From assembly GCA_050613775.1 (NCBI GenBank), contig JBODTK010000108.1, forward strand, positions 186,001-250,000: 64,000 bases of DNA, in the 5' to 3' direction. The position numbers and the translations under genes are program-made. Source of the stretch: Neocallimastix sp. 'constans' (lineage: Eukaryota). Shown one piece after another: positions 1 to 14,720 of the stretch; the stretch's first letter is position 1, and every line of letters begins with the position of its first letter. The notes beneath the pieces are model-generated. The model saw only the letters and a program-made list of their open reading frames with translations, ran no database searches and was not told where the DNA came from.

Positions 1-348
1 ATTTTCAGTTTATTAAGATTGATATTTTATTTATAATAAATACAGTTTATATGGTATTTATTGATATATTTTCTATTTCCTTTGTTTATATACCTGATAG
101 TTTTATTATATTATTTAATTATTCTAATAATTAATTATTTATTTAATGTATATATTATATAAATTTTGAAATCTTTTAGAAATTAAATTAATAGAAAAAA
201 TTTTCAGTTTTTTTTTTTTTTTTAATTATTATTATTATTTATTTATTTTTTATTATTATATTTTTTTTTTTTTTTTTTTTTCTATTCTATTTTATTTTTA
301 TTTTTATTTTTTCCTTAATATTTATATTTTTATTAATATAAAGTCAAA

Positions 349-381
<33 letters not shown>

Positions 382-3297
382 AAAAAGAATATTATTCCCC
401 TCTTCAATTTAATTATTATAAATTATTTTTAATCTTATTTCTTAGTTATTATTTTTATTTTTTTTATTTTATTATTATTGCTAATAGTATTATTTGTTAT
501 TATTATTTGTTTAATAATATATTATATGACCTTTTTAAGATTTATATAAAATAAATCAAAATTGTTTTAAAGTAATATATATATATTATTTTTAAATCAT
601 GAAAATGAAATTTAAATAAAAATTCTTCTACTGATAAATAATAAAATATTTATTAAATATATAAAAAAATTATATATAATAAAATAAAGTAATACTACTT
701 TATTATTATAAAATAAAATTTTTATTTTTGTATTTTTTTTTTCTAACAGATATTATCACTTTTTAAATAAAAAGTGTTAAAATATTATAAAACTTTATTA
801 TTTATTTATTTATTTACTGATATATATGTATAATATTTTCTTTTATTTTTATTTTTATTTTTATTTTTATTTTTATTTATATACTTTATTTTTTATTTAA
901 TTTAATAATTATTTTATTATATTCGGTTTTTAGTTTTTATTATTATTTTTTTTTATTAAAATAGAAAATTTTAAAAAATAATAAAACCTTAAATAATAAT
1001 AAAATCCAATTCAATTATAATATTAAACTATCAAGAATTAAATAATTAAATAGATAATACATAAATATATAATATATAATAATTCAATAGATAAAACTAT
1101 ATATATTATATTTATTTATTTATTATGATGATACATTGAAAAACAAAAGGATACATACAAAAATATGGCAGTTAATAAAAACATATTAAAATATTAAAGT
1201 ATTTAAATAGGAATAACTATTAGACTTCTATAGAATTTATAAATTCATACCACAGCGAAAAGCTGTAAATATGTTATTGATATATTACAAATATTATTAA
1301 GTGATATTATTTATTACAAAAATAATTAATATTAAGATTAATAATATGCTATTTATTATCATTATTTTTTTTTCATGAGTTTAATTTCTATATAAGCAAC
1401 AATATATAATATATAATAATTATTATAATATAATTTTTTAATAAATGATTAATACAGTTTATTCATTTTACATTTTATTATGATATAGAAAAGAAATTAT
1501 TCATAAATAAATTTAAATATATTAAAAATGTACATACGTATAAATAGATGCTTTTTTTTTTTTTTACTTTTATAAAGTCATTTATTTATAGGTAATATAT
1601 ATTTTATTTTTATAAATAATTATTAATAGATTTGTACTACTTTCATATTAATATAAAGAAAAAAGGAAAAAAAATAATTTTTTAAGATTTAATAAATAAT
1701 TTTTTTTTTTTAAAAAAAAGGTTTTTGATCCTTATATATTATTGGTCAAATAGAATTTACTAATTTAATTAAATTTAGTAAAAAAAAAATATATTTTATT
1801 ATTTATAAAAAAAATATCACCTCTTTTAAATAATAAATAAAAGAAATATAATATTTTTTATAATATATATAATTAAAAACTTTTAATATTTATATTTAAA
1901 AAAACAGTTATTTTTTTTTTAAATTTAAAAAATTAAAATTGTAGATAATATTATAATATAAAATAATTAATAGATAAAGCCCTTTTTAATTTTTTAACTA
2001 AATGTAAATAAAAAATACATAAATAAACTTTTTACAGATTATCATAATATATAAAAATATAAATAAATATGTAAATAAATAAATAAATAAATAAAGTAAT
2101 AATAAATTATTTTAAAATCTTATGGATAATATTATAATAGATGAATGATTTATTATTATTATTATTTTTTTTATGTTTAATATTAAGAAATAATTACACT
2201 TAGGTAATAAATGGTTGATTATTATATTATATATTAATTAGAATAAATAATTAGCATATAAAAATGCTTTTTAATAGTAAAAGAAATATCTATTATTTTA
2301 GTCATTAAATAAGTTAGAAATATACTTAAAAAATAAGTATTTAAAACAATAATGAAGAACATTAAAATTAAAATTTTAATATTCTTTATTATTATAATTA
2401 GTATATATCTTGGCATACCTAAGTATAATTATTTTTAAAAGATATGTATAAAAATAATATACATATATATTTATTGAACCCATCAATATATGTTGGTATA
2501 TTGATATTTTTTAATTATTTTTCAATATATCGAGGTCTATGTTAATAAGAGACTTTCTTTATATTAAAGTCATTCATTTTATAATAGATAAAGTGAAATG
2601 ACTTTTATTTTAAGTGTCTGGGGAGAATAGATTATGAATGATAGAAGTTTAGTATTTTCAATAGGTATTTGAAGAGTTAAATTTTATTTTTTGATTATAA
2701 TTCTCATGTTGTCATTTATTTTTAATATCAACAGGAATTTTTTCTTTTGCCTTGAAATATAGTTTGGTTATGAATTAAAGGAATATTTTGATATTGATAT
2801 TCAAATAATTCTTTCATTTATTTTTACTATCAATATATATCTACATCGTATCACATTTATTATTAATACATTTTTAATTTAAATGAAAAATTTTTAATTA
2901 TATTTTATTATTTTAAAATAAATTTTATTGCTACATGATTCCTATGCAATAAATTATTATATATTACATTTATTAAAATGCATATAAAATCTAAATGACA
3001 TGACAAACTATTAAAGATTTATAGAATTAATAGAATTTTCTATTTTTAAAAATTATTATAAGTCTTAGGTCTAAAAGTTAAAAATGATGATTGTAAAAGT
3101 TAAAAATGAAAATTTTAAAATAATCAATATAATAAAGTATTAAAATGAGTATTAAGGTCTCTAATTTCTTCATTATTTCTTAATTAGAGTGTATGATTTT
3201 TAGTCTTGTGTTTTTGTTTTAGTTACTATAGTTTTTTTTTGTTATTATTCTAACTCTTTTTATTAGACCTTTTTGTTAAGGAAAGAAGAAAGAATTT

Positions 3298-3800
3298 AAA
3301 ATAAAATAAAATAAAATAAATAGTAGAATATAAATATAAGTACAGATTGAATAAAACAAAATAAAATAAAATAAAATAAAATAAAATAAATAGTAGAAAC
3401 ATAAATATAAGTACAGATTGAATAAAACAAAATAAAATAAAATAAAATAAAATAAAATAAATAGTAGAAACATAAATATAAGTACAGATTGAATAAAACA
3501 AAATAAAATAAAATAAAATAAAATAAAATAAAATAAAATAAAATAAATAGTAGAAATATGAATATAAAGTACAGATTTAATAAAATAAAATAAAATAAAA
3601 TAAAATAAAATAAAATAAAATAAAATAAAATAAAATAAAATAAAATAAAATAAAATAAAATAAAATAAAATAAAATAAAATAAAATAAAATAAAATAAAA
3701 TAAATAGTAGAATATTAAATATAAAGTACAGATTGAATAAAATAAAATAAAATAAAATAAAATAAAATAAAATAAAATAAAATAAAATTATAGAATAAAA
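3298..3800. repeat. Composite minisatellite: (AAAAT)n runs alternating with a ~30-bp core AAATAGTAGAA..ATA(A)AGTACAGATT
   Basis: Directly visible; the same core recurs at 18.6-19.7, 38.2-39.7, 43.8-45.4 and 52.1-53.4 kb. Confidence 0.9.
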
Positions 3801-4506
3801 TAACATAGAACAAGTTTTTTTTACAGAGATAGAAAAAAATTTTAAATCTTTATAAAATAAATAATGCGTTATTTTCTATTCATTATATTAATTATGTATT
3901 CATAAATATTTTTAAGATTACTTGTCATGATATTTTTTTATAATTTCTTAAAAAAATTTGATATATACTGGGAAAATAGGAAAAACTTGAATACGTTATA
4001 TTAAATAAAGTTATTAAAAATAAAGAAAGCAATTTTATTTTATTATGAAAAAAAATTTTTTTTATGAAATCCATATAATAATAGAATAAAAGTTATTTTA
4101 TTTTTATTCATTTCATATATATTTAAATAGTATGGATTAAATTACTATTGATGTTAATACAAAAAATCCACTAATATATTATTAATATTTTTATTAGTGC
4201 TTTAATAGAAACATTTTCATATTAATGTAATTATGACATTATATATAATATTGATTTTAATACTTTTGTATAAGGTTCTTCATAAACTTTTTTTTTAGTT
4301 ATAGATTGGTAAACTATAGATGGATGCATTAAATGGTTATATATACTATATGTAAAAGTAGAAAAAAAAAAGAAAAAACTCTTCAAAATAATATATGTTA
4401 TAGAAAAATTATCAAAATTAGTAAAATAATAATAATAGAAAAAAATAAGTGTTTATTAAATATAATTATAAAATTAGTACTTTTATTACTTATATATATA
4501 TATATA

Positions 4507-4573
<67 letters not shown>

Positions 4574-5435
4574 GTAAATAAATAAATAAGTAAATAAATA
4601 AATAAATAAAGAAGACTAATAGATAGATAAATATAATGCTTATTAAACTTAACATATATATTATTTATGTATAAATTTTATATATTTTACATTTATATTT
4701 TAAAATTTCATTTTTCAATTATATGTATAATTATTTATGTATTAGAAATATTTATTTTTTTAAAATTTTTTATTTAATAAATATTGTTATATTTTACATT
4801 TCACAATTTAAAATTTTATTTTTCAATTATACATATAATTATTTTTATTTATAATATTAATTTATCAGATAAAATCAATCCTTCTCTTTATTTTATTTAA
4901 ATTAAAGATTATTCAACAAACATATTTAAAAATTGTTGAGAATTTTAATAATGTATAATGTATAATTATATTTAATCAACATATATATATAAATAATAAA
5001 GGCTTATTTAAATTTAATATCATTCTAAATGCTAATATAATAATGAAAAAAGAAAAAATAAATGTTATATTTTAAATGTACTATTTGATTACTTATCTTT
5101 CTATTTATTTTTTTCTTTTTTAAAAAATAATAAAAAAAAAAAAAAAAGTAGAAAATAATGGAAGTTATAATTAAATTATTATAAAGTGGTTAAATTTTTA
5201 TTTTTCACTTTAGAGGTGAATTCATTTGTAAAATAATTTAGATTTATAAATATTCGTATAAATTGGTTATATTCATTAATAAATAATTAAAATAGTAACA
5301 CTAATAATATAATATAATTTATTTTGTAAAATTAATAATATAAAAATCAAAGTATTATAATTGATATTTTTGAAATTAAAATTATAAAGAAATTAATATC
5401 AATTTAAAAAAAAAATAAAAAAAAAAAAAAAAAAA

Positions 5436-8048
5436 ATGAATTTCATTGATAACAATTTAAATAATATTCTTGAAATAATTGATAAAGATGATGTGAGAGA
5501 ATTGGAAAGTTATATTCAAAAGAAACATATTAACCTTAAAAATCTTAATAATAATTTTGATATTCTAATCTATGCCATAGAAAGTAATATTTCAATAGAA
5601 GTAATAGAATGTATTATTCATCAATGTCAGTATGAAACTTTTAACTATTACTATTATGTTAGCCTTGAATATAGAAATAAGTATCATCCCATTAATTTTA
5701 AAGGATATAAAACTCCTCTTTTTTCAGCTGTTGCATTATCCAAATTTAAAATTGCCAATTTATTAATTGATGGTAAAGCGGATATCAATTTTGCTATAGA
5801 CTATCAATATGATGATATGGATAATGAAAAAATAAATATTCTTCACTATTTATCTCGTTTTGACTATCTTAATAAAGAAAATTTAATGTATATTTTAAGT
5901 AAAGGATTTTGTGTTGATGGTATTACCTCAGATGATATTGATAATTGGATTAGTTCCAAATATAAAAATAATTTATTGGGTATTGTTTTTCAACATTTTA
6001 TTTTTGATAATACTTTCATTATAAATTTACTTCATATTTATAAGAATAAGACCCCATTATCTAGGGAACAATTTAAAGTAATTATTTCTAAAGAAAAAAA
6101 TAAACTTCAAATAACAGATTCTATGTATGATAATGCCATGAAAAGATGGTATGAAAAAATGAAAGTTATTGAATTGCTTTTTGATTATGATAGTAGAGAC
6201 TTGAATCTAGTATTAAATAAAATTTATAAGAATAAAATTTTACAAAAGGCAGTCTGTTTAAACAATTATACCTTAGTTCAAAAAATATTAAATATTCATG
6301 AATTTAATTATGAGAAAATTGATATGGAACAAATTATTATTGAAGCAATGAATTATAATCATTGTGATATTACTAAATATTTAATAGAAAAATTCATGGA
6401 TGCGAAATTCAGGGAATTACACCATTATTATAATTTTTGTGAGAATTTATTATTGAAAGCCAGTAAATTTAATAATATTGCAATCATGAAATTTATTATT
6501 CAAAAATTATTAGGACTAACTTTTAATGATGAGGATATAGCAAATCAAATGGACACTTCAAAGATCATCAAATCTGATATTCAATATTTATCCCTATTAT
6601 TAAATATTTTAATTAAAATACAGAATTTATCCATTATTCAATATTTAATGAATTCTACTGATATTTTTTTTGATGTTAATGTCAAAGATAAAAATGAAGA
6701 ATACCCAATATTTATTGCCTATTATGGTATAGGAACGAAGATAACTCCAGATCATCTTGTAAGTCAAGAAATATTCAAGTATTTAGTGGAACATGGTGCT
6801 CATGGCTATACCAAAAATAAATATAGTCAATCCCTTTTATCCTTAGCCATACAGGATAAAAATTATTTAGTGATTAAATGGTTATTAGTATATAATCAAA
6901 TGATTAATGAAGAAATCAATGTCAGCGATATGAATCATTCACTGATATCCGCTATTTACCGTAAGAGGGTAGATCTACTCCAGACCCTTTTGAATGAAAA
7001 TGAAAAAATTTATGAAGATGATTTTAATTATAGTGGGTTTACCCCATTAATTATATCATACTTTTTAAACAGTCAAGAAATATTTAAAATCCTGTTGAAT
7101 TATGTTAATATTAATGAAGTAGATCAATTTGGAAATACGGTGTTTTATTATTCCCTTATTAAGGAGGACATTGAAACATTGAAATATCTAATTGAAATTG
7201 GAGTGGAGATTAACATTCAAAATAAATTTAAATATACCATTTCCCCTCTTCATATTTCTATTGATATTGGTAATAAAGAAATATTTTTATTACTGTTAGA
7301 TTCCAAAAACCTCTTAGTAAATGAACCCAACGAACACGGTGAAATTCCATTGATGACCCTCCTTATAAACAAGAAATTTTCTGACAAAGATAAAATACAA
7401 ATGATTAAATGTCTTATTCATCGAGGAGCTAATGTGAACTATGTTAATGAAAAAAATGGGAAATCTTGTTTATCTTATGCTATTAAAATGAAATCCATTG
7501 ATTTAATTCGATTATTAATTCAAAAGGGAGCTCTTGTAAACTATGTTGTAGGGAACACCATTCAGTCTTCACTCATCTATGCCTTACATTTAGGAGATCT
7601 AGATACCCTTAAATGTTTAATAGAAAATATACCCGAAAATAACATATTAAATGGATTCGTTGAGGAACTTGTTGAAAATTATGAAAAAAATTTAAATGAA
7701 GAGATTTTTGAGTATCTTGTCAAATATAACATTAATAATATAACGATACGAATCATTCAAACGGTGATTAATGAAAATAATTTTCATCTACTAAAAATGT
7801 TAATAGGACCTGAATTTAATGTAAATATCAATATGAAGGATAAAGAGGGTAATATATCGTTAGTTTATGCTATCAAAACTAGAAATAAACCTATTCTAGA
7901 ATATTTAATTGAGAATGGTGCAGACATTTATAATATTAATCATAAAGGGGATACAATAGGCGATATCAATAAAATATATAATTATAATTATTATCAAAAT
8001 ATTTATCAAAAAATTAGTGAAATTCTTAATCGTTATAAAAAGAATTAA
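5436..8048 (+). CDS. Ankyrin-repeat protein (870 aa, intronless)
   Basis: Multiple ankyrin motifs (GYKTPLFSAV, GFTPLIIS, SPLHISI, GANVNYVN, GNISLVYAI, GADIYNIN) in a long ORF. Confidence 0.92.
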   Translation: MNFIDNNLNNILEIIDKDDVRELESYIQKKHINLKNLNNNFDILIYAIESNISIEVIECIIHQCQYETFNYYYYVSLEYRNKYHPINFKGYKTPLFSAVALSKFKIANLLIDGKADINFAIDYQYDDMDNEKINILHYLSRFDYLNKENLMYILSKGFCVDGITSDDIDNWISSKYKNNLLGIVFQHFIFDNTFIINLLHIYKNKTPLSREQFKVIISKEKNKLQITDSMYDNAMKRWYEKMKVIELLFDYDSRDLNLVLNKIYKNKILQKAVCLNNYTLVQKILNIHEFNYEKIDMEQIIIEAMNYNHCDITKYLIEKFMDAKFRELHHYYNFCENLLLKASKFNNIAIMKFIIQKLLGLTFNDEDIANQMDTSKIIKSDIQYLSLLLNILIKIQNLSIIQYLMNSTDIFFDVNVKDKNEEYPIFIAYYGIGTKITPDHLVSQEIFKYLVEHGAHGYTKNKYSQSLLSLAIQDKNYLVIKWLLVYNQMINEEINVSDMNHSLISAIYRKRVDLLQTLLNENEKIYEDDFNYSGFTPLIISYFLNSQEIFKILLNYVNINEVDQFGNTVFYYSLIKEDIETLKYLIEIGVEINIQNKFKYTISPLHISIDIGNKEIFLLLLDSKNLLVNEPNEHGEIPLMTLLINKKFSDKDKIQMIKCLIHRGANVNYVNEKNGKSCLSYAIKMKSIDLIRLLIQKGALVNYVVGNTIQSSLIYALHLGDLDTLKCLIENIPENNILNGFVEELVENYEKNLNEEIFEYLVKYNINNITIRIIQTVINENNFHLLKMLIGPEFNVNINMKDKEGNISLVYAIKTRNKPILEYLIENGADIYNINHKGDTIGDINKIYNYNYYQNIYQKISEILNRYKKN

Positions 8049-8557
8049 AAAAAAAAAAGTTTAATAGAATAGTATAATAGATCATTAAACAAAACAAAAC
8101 AAAACAAAACAAAACAGTATATATAATAATAATATATTATTAATAATAATATTATTATTTTAATGAATACTATATATATAAATTTTATTATTATTATAAT
8201 GATTATTATTATTATTATTATTTTTTACTTTTTACTTTTTATTTTTTAATTTTAATTTTAATTTTATTATTATATTATACTTATTATATTTATTTTATTT
8301 TTATTTTTTATTTTTTATTTTTTTATATTTTGTTTTTTATATTTTATAATATACCAATAATGTAAAATAATAACATAGTTTTAAATATACCTTCATATCA
8401 TTTAGATAATAAATTATTTTTTATTCATAATTATTATTATTATTATTATTTATTATTTAATTATTTATTATATATGCATAAAATAAACAAAGACAATTTT
8501 ATTTATTCATTTATTAATTAATATGTACGCTTTATATCTCAATAAGCTTTTGGAAGG

Positions 8558-8592
<35 letters not shown>

Positions 8593-8852
8593 AAACTTGT
8601 GAATCATTTCAGTCTAATTAATAATATAAAACATTAATAAAATAAAAAAAAATTTTTTTATATTTATATATATCATATATTATATTATTATATATTTATT
8701 AAGTACATGGATTATTTTTTATATTTATTTTATTATACTTTTAATTTATTAAATTTTATTTTATTTTTATTTTTAATTATTATGTAATTTTTAAAAGATA
8801 TCATTTATATATATTATATAATATTTATTATTATTATTATTATTATTATTAG

Positions 8853-9401
8853 TTATTTTTGCTTATTTTCTTTTCTATTAATTTCATTTTTTGAAGCTAT
8901 ATGAGTACAAATTAGAAAACTTCCTTGGAATATCACATTGACACATTCTTCTTTCCAGTGAGATTTTGTATTAAGTTGATTCATTGTGAATAAAAATGAT
9001 ATCATTAAGAGGTTACAAAACATAATGATGACCACAAAGATTAAACATGGCATACTTAAAAGTTTTGTTATTAATTTTTTCCAATTTATTGTTGAATGAG
9101 ATACTATTAGAGAAATAATGATAAATATAAATCCAAGGGGTAATAAGTATTTTATTTGAGAATGGAAAATATAAATATTTTTATTGAATAAAGCAATAAT
9201 TAATTTCCAAAGTACTTGGAAAAATCCTCCTAAATATGCTAATATTCCACCAATATTGAATAACAAACCTCCTAATGAATGTATTTTTTTTAATTCTTTT
9301 GCAATACTTAAAGAAGAAAGGAAAAAGAATATGACAGGTAAAGCATCAACTAATGCTAATGATAATGAAAAATCAGGAAGTGTTTTATCCAGTTTATCCA
9401 T
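8853..9401 (-). CDS. Small multi-pass membrane protein, unknown function (paralog 1)
   Basis: 182-aa intronless ORF with ~5-6 hydrophobic segments; homologous to 11641-12204 (TLPD.SL.L..VD..PVIFFF; GG..QV.WKL.IA; W.EEC.N.I.QGS). Confidence 0.85.
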   Translation of the reverse strand: MDKLDKTLPDFSLSLALVDALPVIFFFLSSLSIAKELKKIHSLGGLLFNIGGILAYLGGFFQVLWKLIIALFNKNIYIFHSQIKYLLPLGFIFIIISLIVSHSTINWKKLITKLLSMPCLIFVVIIMFCNLLMISFLFTMNQLNTKSHWKEECVNVIFQGSFLICTHIASKNEINRKENKQK

Positions 9402-9693
9402 TGGTATTTATATATATATATATATAAATTTTATTCTATTATATTCTATTATATTTTATTTATTTTTATTTTATTTTATTTTATTTTATTTTATTTTTTT
9501 TTTTTTTTTTTTTTGGTTTTTATATGTTAAAATTGAATTTATACTATTATTATATAATAATAAAATAATTAATGATATATTTTAAATAAAACCAATAATA
9601 CTAAAATACAATTAGAATTATTAATGTTGATAAAATGATATAAATTGATGAATTAATTATTAAAATAGTAATAATAAAATTACTAAAAGTATT

Positions 9694-9795
<102 letters not shown>

Positions 9796-11640
9796 TTTTT
9801 TTTGAATACTTCAAAATTAATTACTTTTAAAATAATAATTAATTTTTATAGTTAAAATTATGTTGATATTATATTAACAAATGAAATATTATAATAATAG
9901 AAAGTGCTTTTTAAAAGTGTTATTGTGAAATTTATGAAAGTATACTTTTTTAAAGTTTATATATTTATATAATTTCTTTTATATTATTTTATTTTTTTTA
10001 TCATTTAAAAAAAAAAAATAAATAAAAAAATTTATGATACAAATGATTTTGTTAGGAATATGATTTTATATTTTTAATTTTTAAATTTTAAATATTAAAA
10101 TAATTAAAATTCAAAAAATCATATTCATATATATTAAAAAATGTTAATTAATTTAAGCGTTAAGCATTAATTAATTTATATTTTTGTTAACTTTAAAATA
10201 TATTATTTTAATAATTATCAAAAAAAAAAAATTTTTTTTTAATTGAAAAAATTCTTGATTATCTTTATTAACTTTAAATATAATTAAAAAAATTACAATA
10301 AAAATAAATACAATAAAACAAAATAAAAAACATGTCATATTTTCTCTATATTAGGGTTTCTATAACTTTTAAGAAGGAAGATCTTGAGATTTATTTACCA
10401 TTCAATAAATAATTAAAAATATAAAATTTTTATTTTATTTTTACTTTTATTTTTACTTTTATTTTTACTTTTTTTTTTTTTTTTTTTTTTAAATATATTA
10501 TTATTACTACATTATTATTAATTATATGTAAGTCTGAAAAATACAAACTTTAAATTGTTTTAATATTAAATATTATTATATTTATATCATATATATTTAT
10601 TATTAATACTTATTATTGTTTATTGTTATTTACCTTTTTATTATATTTTTTAATTTTTATTTTTATTATTTATATTATATATATATATATATTTTTATTT
10701 TTATAAAATTTATTCTTATTTTTTCTTTTTTAAAAGAAAGATACAGTATTAATATAATTTTATTAAAAATGATAATTCAATTTTTTAATTAAAAAATAAA
10801 ATAAATAATTAATAATTAATAATAAATAATAAAAAATAATAAATAATAAATAATAAATAATAAACAATTAATAATAATAATGATGATAATTAATAAATTA
10901 ATTAAAATTTTAATATAATAATTTCAAAAATATTAATATTTTTTTCTTTAAAATAAAGATATAAATTTATATAAAAAAAAAAATTATACACTATAAAAAT
11001 TCTAAAAATGTAATTACCTATATATAAGCTAATTAATACTTGAAGATAATCTTTAATTAAAATATTGCTTAACATATCTTATCTTTTCAAAAATATTTAA
11101 TTTATTTAAGTAGTAGGGATCTATTTTTATTTTTAATGTATTTTAACTTTTTTTTTTTTTTATTATTTTTTTATTTTTTTTTAATAACATACATATATTA
11201 AAATCATTACAATTGAAAACTTAAACTATTTCCATATATATATATATATATATATATATAAATGTTTAAAAAAATAATAAAAATAAAAAGAGGTTGGTAT
11301 ATAAACAAAAATATGGTGTTATTATATATGTATATATATATAATAAAAATAAAATTAATAGATTTATAGTTCATTTTTTAGTAATATGCATAATAATTTA
11401 TTAAATGAATAATTTTTAATTAATGAAATAAAGGATCATTGATATCAAAACCTATTATCTCCTTTTTTTTTTTTTATATGAAAATTTAATTAACATGACC
11501 TCAGTTATTATTAGAATATTATTATTAAATATGAATCTTTAAAGAAATTTGCATATATTTATATATATGTATTATAATATTTGGGTATAATACTGAAAAG
11601 AATTAATTTTATAATATATATATATATTTTTTTCTTGTTT

Positions 11641-12204
11641 TTAAACAGTTTGATTTTTATCGCATTCCTTATCAAAGTCCTGATTATCCACTTTATTATT
11701 TTTAGTGGCAATTAAAGTACATAAGAAAACACTTCCTTGCATTATAATATTTGAACATTCTTCAATCCAATTTGTTGAAGATTTATTTGAATCAAGTTTG
11801 AACATAAATATTAATAATGAAATAAAACATAATATAATTATTATTATAAAAATTATACATGGAATTTTTAAAAGTTTTAATTTTGTTGCTTTCCAATTTA
11901 TTTTTGAATGAGAAATAATTATTGATAGAATCATAATAATAAATCCACCTGATAAAGAAAATTTGAATTGAGTATGAAAAATTTTTATATTTTTGCTTTG
12001 GATAGCAATAACAAGTTTCCATATTACTTGTAGAATTCCTCCAATAAATGAGATTATACTACCAAAATAAAAAAGAATACTTCCAAAAATATGAACTTTT
12101 ATTAATTTTTTGGCTATAAGAATAGTGGTAAAGAAAAAAAAGATAACTGGTATTGTATCTACTATTGATAACATTAGTGAAACATCAGGTAAAGTTTCGT
12201 TCAT
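11641..12204 (-). CDS. Small multi-pass membrane protein, unknown function (paralog 2)
   Basis: 187-aa intronless ORF, colinear with 8853-9401. Confidence 0.85.
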   Translation of the reverse strand: MNETLPDVSLMLSIVDTIPVIFFFFTTILIAKKLIKVHIFGSILFYFGSIISFIGGILQVIWKLVIAIQSKNIKIFHTQFKFSLSGGFIIMILSIIISHSKINWKATKLKLLKIPCIIFIIIIILCFISLLIFMFKLDSNKSSTNWIEECSNIIMQGSVFLCTLIATKNNKVDNQDFDKECDKNQTV

Positions 12205-13458
12205 GTTGATAATAATACTAAATTTTTTATATATGAAAAAATAAGAGAAAAAATGAGAAAAAAAAAAAAAAGAGATTATATAATATATTCTATCTAATTT
12301 AAATTTAAATTATTATTTTATTCTATTTTTAATTATATTTATATTTTTATTTATTCATTTTTATTTTATTTTTATTTTTTTTTTTTACTTTTATTTTATT
12401 TTTTTTTTTTTTTTTGAAATTATGTTATTGCTTTATATGTTATAAAATAATATTTTCAGTTATAAGTGATTACTTATTGATATATGATTATTATACTTAG
12501 ATAATATTCATTATGGAATAATATTTTTTTAATTAATTGTGAATATTTAGTGATATATTTGATTTTTTACTTATAAAATATCTATTATAGGATAATTTTT
12601 TTTATTATTGGTGAATGGTTATTGATATTATTTTCTCTAAACTTTTTTATTTTTATCTTTTCTTGGTATTTTCTACAATTAATAATAAGTTTTCTTTATT
12701 AAAAAAAAAAAAAAAACATATATATTGACTTTGTAATATAAAAAGATATTGAAGAAAAAAAAATAAAATAAAATAAATAAAGAAGTAAAAAATTAAGAAA
12801 TTTTAACTTTATGATGTATCTAATTTTGAAAGATAAATTAATTAATAGCTTATAGAATTAAGGTGAAATTAAATTTAACTTTGGACTAAAAAAAAATAAA
12901 ATAAAAAATAAAAAAAAAAAAATTAAATTAAAATTAAAATTTTATTTTGTATAAATTTATCAAGTCTATCAATATTTCTATATATAATTTTAATTGATTT
13001 ATATGGAATTTCATTATTATCATAATATATGATTACTTATCTAATATTAAATATTAATATTTTTATTATTTATGATTTTTTATTATTTATATTATTAAGT
13101 AATATTAAATAATATAAAAAATTTTATATCGTATTAAATTGAATTAACAATATATTATTATATTATATTGTTTTATATTATGTATAGCTTAAAATAATGC
13201 AAATTTTGAGTTTATAGAATAAAAAAAAAAAATTAGTAGTGAATGAACAAATCAGAAGTTCTTATTCATCATATTTTCATGTTTTTATTTTAATATTTTT
13301 TATTCAATTTTTAGAGATAAGAGAAAGAGAAAGAGAATAAGAAAAGTTTTTATTTTATAATCCAAATGGTTAGCCTTATTAACATATTTTTAATATGAAG
13401 TACATCTATAAAAGCTTTAATATTTCATTAAATATCATAAGTATTTATTCTTTTGATA

Positions 13459-13498
<40 letters not shown>

Positions 13499-13928
13499 AA
13501 AAAAAAAGGGAATATATAGGAAGAGATGAAAAAAGTATAATAATTAGTAAAATATAAACTCTGATTCTAATTGTAAAAAACTGTTTTGTCCTTTTCTAAT
13601 GAAATATTTTATGTGCATAAAATTATCGCATAAAATTGTATATAAAACTCATGGTTATAAAGATACTCCAAAATAACCAGATAATACATAATCATTTAAA
13701 AGATCAACTTTTTATTTTAATATATATGAATATAAATTATTTTCTTTGTATATATGCAATAATAAAAAATATAATTTTGAAGTAAAAATTATTTATATAT
13801 AATAAAGAATAATTGTGTTTATTTTACTTTGTTATTTAATATATAATAAAAATATATAACTATATATATATATATATATATTTTATTTTTAAAAAACTTT
13901 GGTACTTTTTTTTTTAACCACCATATGC

Positions 13929-13965
<37 letters not shown>

Positions 13966-14364
13966 TATATTGGTAATAACGTTTACTGAATTGTTAATCT
14001 CATTCAATAATATTTACTTAGCATTATTTAATAATATAATATATTTAAAAAACATATCATCAAATACGGTTAAGCTGCCTTTTAAAATAAAGTATAAAAA
14101 AAAGATATTAATATATATAGAAATATTACATATTACATTTATAATTAATGAACTATTTTCAAATTATCAATTCGATCTTTTAATTAATTATTTCATTTTT
14201 TTAAATTGATTTGATTTATAAATCAATATATGATGCTTAATTAATTAATAATATTAATAAATATTTAATATTACTATAAATGATTTAAAAAATAAAATAT
14301 AAAAATTTTTCATAAAATAACTGATGCTTTTTATTAAAACCAAAATTGCATTAATTTTAAATAA

Positions 14365-14720
14365 ATACTAATAAATAATAATAAATAATAATAATAAATA
14401 ATAAATAATTAAATAATAAATAATAAATAAATAATAATAAATAATAATAATAAATAATAAATAATTAAATAATAAATAATAAATAAATAATAATAAATAA
14501 TAAATAATAAATAATAAATAATTAAATAATAAATAATAATAAATAATAAATAAATAATAAATAATAAATAATAAATAATAAATAATAAATAATTAAATAA
14601 TAAATAATAAATAAATAATAAATAATAAATAATAAATAATAAATAATTAATAATAAATAATTAATAATAAATAATAAATAATAAATAATAAATAATAAAT
14701 AATAAATAATAAATAATAAG
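14365..14720. repeat. (AAATAAT)n microsatellite
   Basis: Directly visible. Confidence 0.9.

Noticed and set aside
3250..4655. ORFs rich in ILFYF/IYLF (also at 14522, 19362, 43338, 52475, 58985)
   Set aside because: Translations of microsatellites
9184..9585. Antisense or off-frame ORFs (also 11705, 25165-25580, 26010, 31585, 39884, 41431)
   Set aside because: Shadows of real CDSs
13960..14200. Possible degraded coding fragment (LTVFDDM on the minus strand)
   Set aside because: Too short to assign
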